A model generated the notes under the pieces. It did no database searches. It was not told the origin of the DNA and saw only the letters and a program-made list of their open reading frames with translations. Below, in pieces: positions 63,939-64,000 of a DNA stretch of 64,000 nt; positions within the stretch are counted from its first letter, which is position 1; each line of letters begins with the position of its first letter. This stretch comes from Sedimentisphaerales bacterium (GTDB lineage: Bacteria; Planctomycetota; Phycisphaerae; Sedimentisphaerales; SM23-30), in NCBI GenBank assembly GCA_963663965.2, contig CAXXFK010000001.1:288001-352000 (forward strand), in the 5' to 3' direction. Made by a program: the position numbers and the translations under genes.

Positions 63939-64000
63939 ATGTCTGCTAAAACCCATCAATATACTGAAGATAAAATCAAGTCCCTGTCCTCGCTGGAACA
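63939..64000 (+). CDS. Start of a type IIA topoisomerase B subunit (GyrB/ParE-like), truncated by the window end
   Basis: MSAKTHQYTEDKIKSLSSLE resembles the N-terminal Y...I..L..LEH segment of this family. Only 20 codons are visible. Confidence 0.65.
   Translation, partial: MSAKTHQYTEDKIKSLSSLE

Overview
A 64-kb bacterial chromosomal window, probably from a planctomycete of the Phycisphaerae/Sedimentisphaerales type. This is inferred from the many sulfatases and CAZymes, the dockerin-like C-termini, a PEP-CTERM protein, and murC-murB-ddl-ftsQ with no ftsA/ftsZ following. From left to right it contains: (1) partial dsbD; (2) an operon for a secreted protein with a two-fold internal repeat and Spy/CpxP-like motifs plus two FN3-metallophosphoesterases, set back-to-back with an ECF sigma/anti-sigma pair across twin TTGTCCCCG-N16-CAAT promoter-like motifs; (3) a Nudix hydrolase, tRNA-Ser(TGA) and a Sel1 protein; (4) CAZymes (GH43, GH105/88, GH78, GH62, an (alpha/alpha)6 hydrolase) around leuCD; (5) an ISL3 element with both ends and an 8-bp target duplication, inserted at a predicted sigma70 promoter; (6) an AT-rich patch of small immunity-like/membrane genes with an IS200 remnant; (7) padR plus a HAAS-TM-VIT-vWA-PEP-CTERM protein; (8) a dcw fragment; (9) four sulfatases and a 7-heme cytochrome c; (10) GH43 arabinanase, C10 peptidase, GH97 and GH29; (11) pgi, cupin/ferredoxin, an APC permease with a signal-peptide O-methyltransferase, GH53 and the start of a type II topoisomerase B subunit. 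Two MITE-like repeat types are present. Many genes between 2 and 26.5 kb are split by small indels, often in homopolymers, which most likely reflects sequencing error. All calls come from manual reading; no database searches were run.
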